Below are positions 61,901 to 64,000 of a DNA stretch of 64,000 bases, in pieces; positions within the stretch are counted from its first letter, which is position 1; each line of letters starts with the position of its first letter. Location: assembly GCA_947630675.1 (NCBI GenBank), contig CANRIN010000001.1, forward strand, positions 69,361 to 133,360. Direction: 5' to 3'. A program made the position numbers and the translations under genes. The notes beneath the pieces are model-generated. The model searched no databases and had not been told where the DNA came from. It was given only the letters and a program-made list of their open reading frames with translations. This stretch comes from an uncultured Clostridia bacterium. GTDB lineage: Bacteria > Bacillota > Clostridia > Oscillospirales > JAAYOS01.

Positions 61901-64000
61901 GACCTCGTCGCAATAGTACTCCGGGTCGTTGGAGCAGCGGGTGAAGTGATAGGCCTTCAGGTCGTAATTTGCCAGCGTCTCATAGGTGATGCCTGCGGGA
62001 TAGCCGACCTGTACGCGGAGGGACTGGTTCTTGTTGGGCTTGAGCTTGACCATCGGGCAGATGCGGTTGAAGTTTATCTCAAAGACGGAGGAGATAACCT
62101 CGTCAGCGCCCGCGATGGCGTTCTTTTCATCTTGCGGGAGCGCGTCGTTGATCCTCTCGTAGTCCTCGCGGTTGCCCGCGCCCTTGCTCTTGTCCTCGAC
62201 GACGAGCATGAGGCGGCCGTTGATGTCGTCGCGGTTCATCTCTGCGTTGAGCTTGTCAAGGGTTGCCTTGTCGGTGCCGCCCTCTTGCGCCATGCCGAGA
62301 AGGTCGAGGTTCTCGGGGGCGTCAAGCAGAGTGGGCTGGCCCCAGAGGTTCCAGTCGATGCCCTGGCTGCGGTAGCAGGCGGGGCAGAGACCGGGGATGC
62401 AGGAGATGACCGAGAAGTTGTTCGGGACCTTGGAGGAGCGCGAACCGACGACACCCTCGATGGAGAAGTTGTACTCCGTGATGTCGTCTATCCACTGGTC
62501 GGAGGCGCGGAAGTTGAACTCGACGCCGACGATGGCACAGCCCTTATTTACGTCGCACTGATTGTTTTCGTGCTTTTCGTGGTTGGGACATTCACTCCAT
62601 TTGCCGTCGTACTTATACTTCCACTTAAGGGCGGCCTTGTCTGTGGTGACGCCGTTGTCGCCCGGCATATCAACATAGCCGTCACGGTTCTGGTCGAAGG
62701 GAAGCTCGCCCGCAATTTGGACGTACTTCTCGCCGCCGGTGTGGAGGTCCTGCTGTATCGTGGTGTAGCGGACGCGGACTTTCTGACCTGCGGCGAGCTG
62801 GGTGTCGTCGGTGAAGGCGTCCGCAGTGGCTGGATCGTCTGCCTGGGGATGCTTCAGGTCGTCGTCGAAGACGACGTCGAAGCGATAATCGTACCCTGCC
62901 GTGCAGTTGCCGTTGGGAGCGGGGAACTGGGTGCGCACGTAGGGCGGAGCCTCATACTTGGAGTTGACGTTGTAGAGCATCCCGGACTGAGCCACGATCT
63001 GACTCTCGTCGCCCTGGAAATAACCGACCTTATAGTTCTTGGAAAGCTCGTTGTCTTCCGGTTTGTTCTGCCACGTATCGTAGCCGTAAGGCTGGAGGGA
63101 GGTGACAGCCACCTCTACGTACTCGCAGGTGGAGGTGTAGAAGCGCAGGCCCTCCGGATAGTCGCCGAAATAGTCGTTCTTGCCGGTCAGAGCGATGGAC
63201 GCGTCGGCATAGTACCACTCGTCCATCACGTCGGCAGTGCCGTCCGGATGGTAGTCGTACATCTTGAGCATGAAGTAGAAGCCGTGCTTTGCGGCCTGCT
63301 CGGCGTTCCAGCCCTTGAAGGTGACGGTGTAGACGCCGGCAGGGGTGCCGTCCTCGGTGGCGCCGCCGGTGGAATACTTGACCTGCAGGCCATTGTTGTT
63401 GTCGCTGTCAACAATGGTCTTGCCGGAGTATGCGGCGGTCTCGATCGTGGGATATTTGAACTCAAAGTTGCCGGTGGAGACGTAGCCGGAGGGACGCCAG
63501 TGCTCGCCCACGAGCGACTGACCGACGAGCAGGTAGGTATTGGTCTCCTTGCCGTCCTCACCGCCCTTGAACGAAAGGTCGCGCTCGCCCGTATAGGTGG
63601 CGGTGAGCGGGTCGTCCCAGGTGGCGTCGATGACATACCAGCGCGGGGTTTTGTTGTCGTCTGTGTTGGGGATATTCACGGCGTTCCACATGTGGTCCTC
63701 GGGCGTGCCCTTGGTCTGTACGCCGTGGATGAGCACGCTCTCGATGCCGAGCTTCGTCAGGCAGACCTGAAGGGTACGGGCGTAAGCCTCGCAGACGCCC
63801 TCGTGGGTCTGCATACCGTAGATGGTGCGGATGAACTTGGCGTCCTCGGGGTAGGTGCACTCTATCTCGTAGCGGTAGTGGATGCCCTTGGTTATCTGGT
63901 CATGGATGTTCGTCGCAAGGAACGCGAGCTTGTCCGGCTCGCTGTAGGTGCCATTGGAGTTGGCGGTGTTCAGGGCGGTGACAGCCGTCTGCACCATTTT
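58913..64000 (-). CDS. Giant S-layer-homology-anchored surface protein. More than 1694 aa are visible and the N-terminus lies outside the window. Order: transglutaminase-like cysteine protease core, beta-rich domains, 8-9 tandem Cys3-His modules, a Ser/Thr/Gly linker, then 3 SLH domains.
   Basis: TGase core: GVCEAYARTLQVCL..LGIESVLIHG....HMWNAV......WYVIDATWDD. Repeated ATC..(D/E)G....C..C.......IPALGH(D/K)(F/W) modules. The C-terminus has three SLH repeats (FKDV.....WA..AV.F....GL.NG). The reading frame is still open at the window edge. Confidence 0.85.
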   Translation of the reverse strand, partial: KMVQTAVTALNTANSNGTYSEPDKLAFLATNIHDQITKGIHYRYEIECTYPEDAKFIRTIYGMQTHEGVCEAYARTLQVCLTKLGIESVLIHGVQTKGTPEDHMWNAVNIPNTDDNKTPRWYVIDATWDDPLTATYTGERDLSFKGGEDGKETNTYLLVGQSLVGEHWRPSGYVSTGNFEFKYPTIETAAYSGKTIVDSDNNNGLQVKYSTGGATEDGTPAGVYTVTFKGWNAEQAAKHGFYFMLKMYDYHPDGTADVMDEWYYADASIALTGKNDYFGDYPEGLRFYTSTCEYVEVAVTSLQPYGYDTWQNKPEDNELSKNYKVGYFQGDESQIVAQSGMLYNVNSKYEAPPYVRTQFPAPNGNCTAGYDYRFDVVFDDDLKHPQADDPATADAFTDDTQLAAGQKVRVRYTTIQQDLHTGGEKYVQIAGELPFDQNRDGYVDMPGDNGVTTDKAALKWKYKYDGKWSECPNHEKHENNQCDVNKGCAIVGVEFNFRASDQWIDDITEYNFSIEGVVGSRSSKVPNNFSVISCIPGLCPACYRSQGIDWNLWGQPTLLDAPENLDLLGMAQEGGTDKATLDKLNAEMNRDDINGRLMLVVEDKSKGAGNREDYERINDALPQDEKNAIAGADEVISSVFEINFNRICPMVKLKPNKNQSLRVQVGYPAGITYETLANYDLKAYHFTRCSNDPEYYCDEVEKELANASADEKADILKAHKWGEHIIGVDEITIIPTPYGMVIMCSAFSPFEIVGVKKSDTAASAIAEATHNVVVVSGENGKVKIGSDYAVGANGNQKIPNGGSLEFTVEPASGYVVDTVSFGGTSLTPTGANTYRLENITKSDVLNVTFIPGDVKTAEVNEYGETLVASVCTHPTLESDTTDQTSEREATCTTDGYKKAQICTTCGQTVVPATVIPATGHTFNESQPVPRDSVTCTNGVTIPAVNCTTCHNQIYAETTIPALGHDFENYTNIGDATCKGQQMEGKCTRCNVTSTITNKDAAVGHSFTQFVKTVTEATCTENATAEYECEWCGQKAVQEVPNSQKSHVNNGSGVCTLCGINLCKDGHTWVEHAKVDPTCETPGQTAYKECSVCKKIEGTIEIIPALGHDFGKSHAVGTKCSRCEQTLKSSEHTPVSIPDVDATCDTPGSTGGTKCLQCGDIITQPTITPALGHKWNETSATITWPTTGHAAYVLLTCKNDSSHHLTINATVTEGAIIKDSTCTEHGKRKYSAVAELPSGKLVESTTDIADLPLAAHKPVEGSVKVNEATCTRDGTKEYTCSVCHEHIVEVTTEKLPHNVIELTQGSKPATCTESGLLKGTCSLCHKQVSQVVPATGHNYVNNVCTHCGAVKSSYTAPSTPSGGSSGSSRTDTSTGSDGSITTTVTESDGSATKTTTTVEGIVGITKTDADGNTTSVEVIMPSAPESGGTVVAPVEVRAAASAEDAPEISITVREGSARVEIPVVDVRPGTVAVIVDEKGNETVVRDCVTDDNGVIITVDGSVTVKIVDRSVEFKDVQDANHWASDAVEFVAARGLFNGTGNGVFSPETAMTRGMLVTVLYRLAYEPEAADAGMTFGDVLGSDYYADAVAWADDNDVVNGYTDGSFRPGNDVSREQLVTILYRYAKLKGYSTEVDGNALASFTDVQDIQSYAVDAMNWAVSNGLVNGVSADKLSPQSGAKRAQVAAILERFCGNVVK

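Overview
High-GC (roughly 60-65% by eye) chromosomal segment from a spore-forming member of the Clostridia. Supporting genes: spoIVA with a SipL/SpoVID-like partner, a GerA-type germinant receptor operon, ytvI, and an SLH-anchored giant surface protein. Most of the window is housekeeping. It holds DUF1858, a trmK fusion, rqcH, a WYL regulator, a uracil permease, tRNA-Ala, and a complete his operon (hisZGDCBHAF-IE) on the minus strand headed by a YerC/TrpR-like regulator. It also holds an EFR1-type ferredoxin, a sigma/anti-sigma pair, lexA, a PrsA-like foldase, tRNA-Leu, ATP-grasp and DUF2461 genes, a MATE pump, ispDF, a family-4 UDG, a THUMP methyltransferase, a DAG-kinase-like gene, and groESL with a perfect CIRCE. 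The unusual content is as follows. (1) A 610-bp non-autonomous mobile element has perfect 26-bp terminal inverted repeats and an 8-bp target duplication. It carries its own promoter and a 76-aa membrane-protein gene, and it sits exactly between the SD and the ATG of the ferredoxin gene. (2) A dispersed, modular family of stacked-hairpin intergenic repeats (BIME/REP-like mosaics) occurs at 8 or more loci. Many hairpins are capped by GCGAAGC-type mini-loops. One copy truncates a yoeB toxin gene, one sits in the lexA upstream region, and one forms a 110-bp tandem array. (3) A lower-GC genomic island with different codon usage follows tRNA-Ala. It has a decayed tyrosine-integrase gene and a cargo of a two-component system, a large lipoprotein and an ABC-2 transporter with a permease-propeller fusion. 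Smaller oddities include a TrmK-pyrophosphatase-like fusion, a duplicated upstream module with a vestigial 4-codon ORF, and tandem Cys3-His modules in the surface protein. No rRNA, CRISPR array or intact transposase/prophage was seen. All functional calls come from reading the translated ORFs and motifs by eye. No database search was run.
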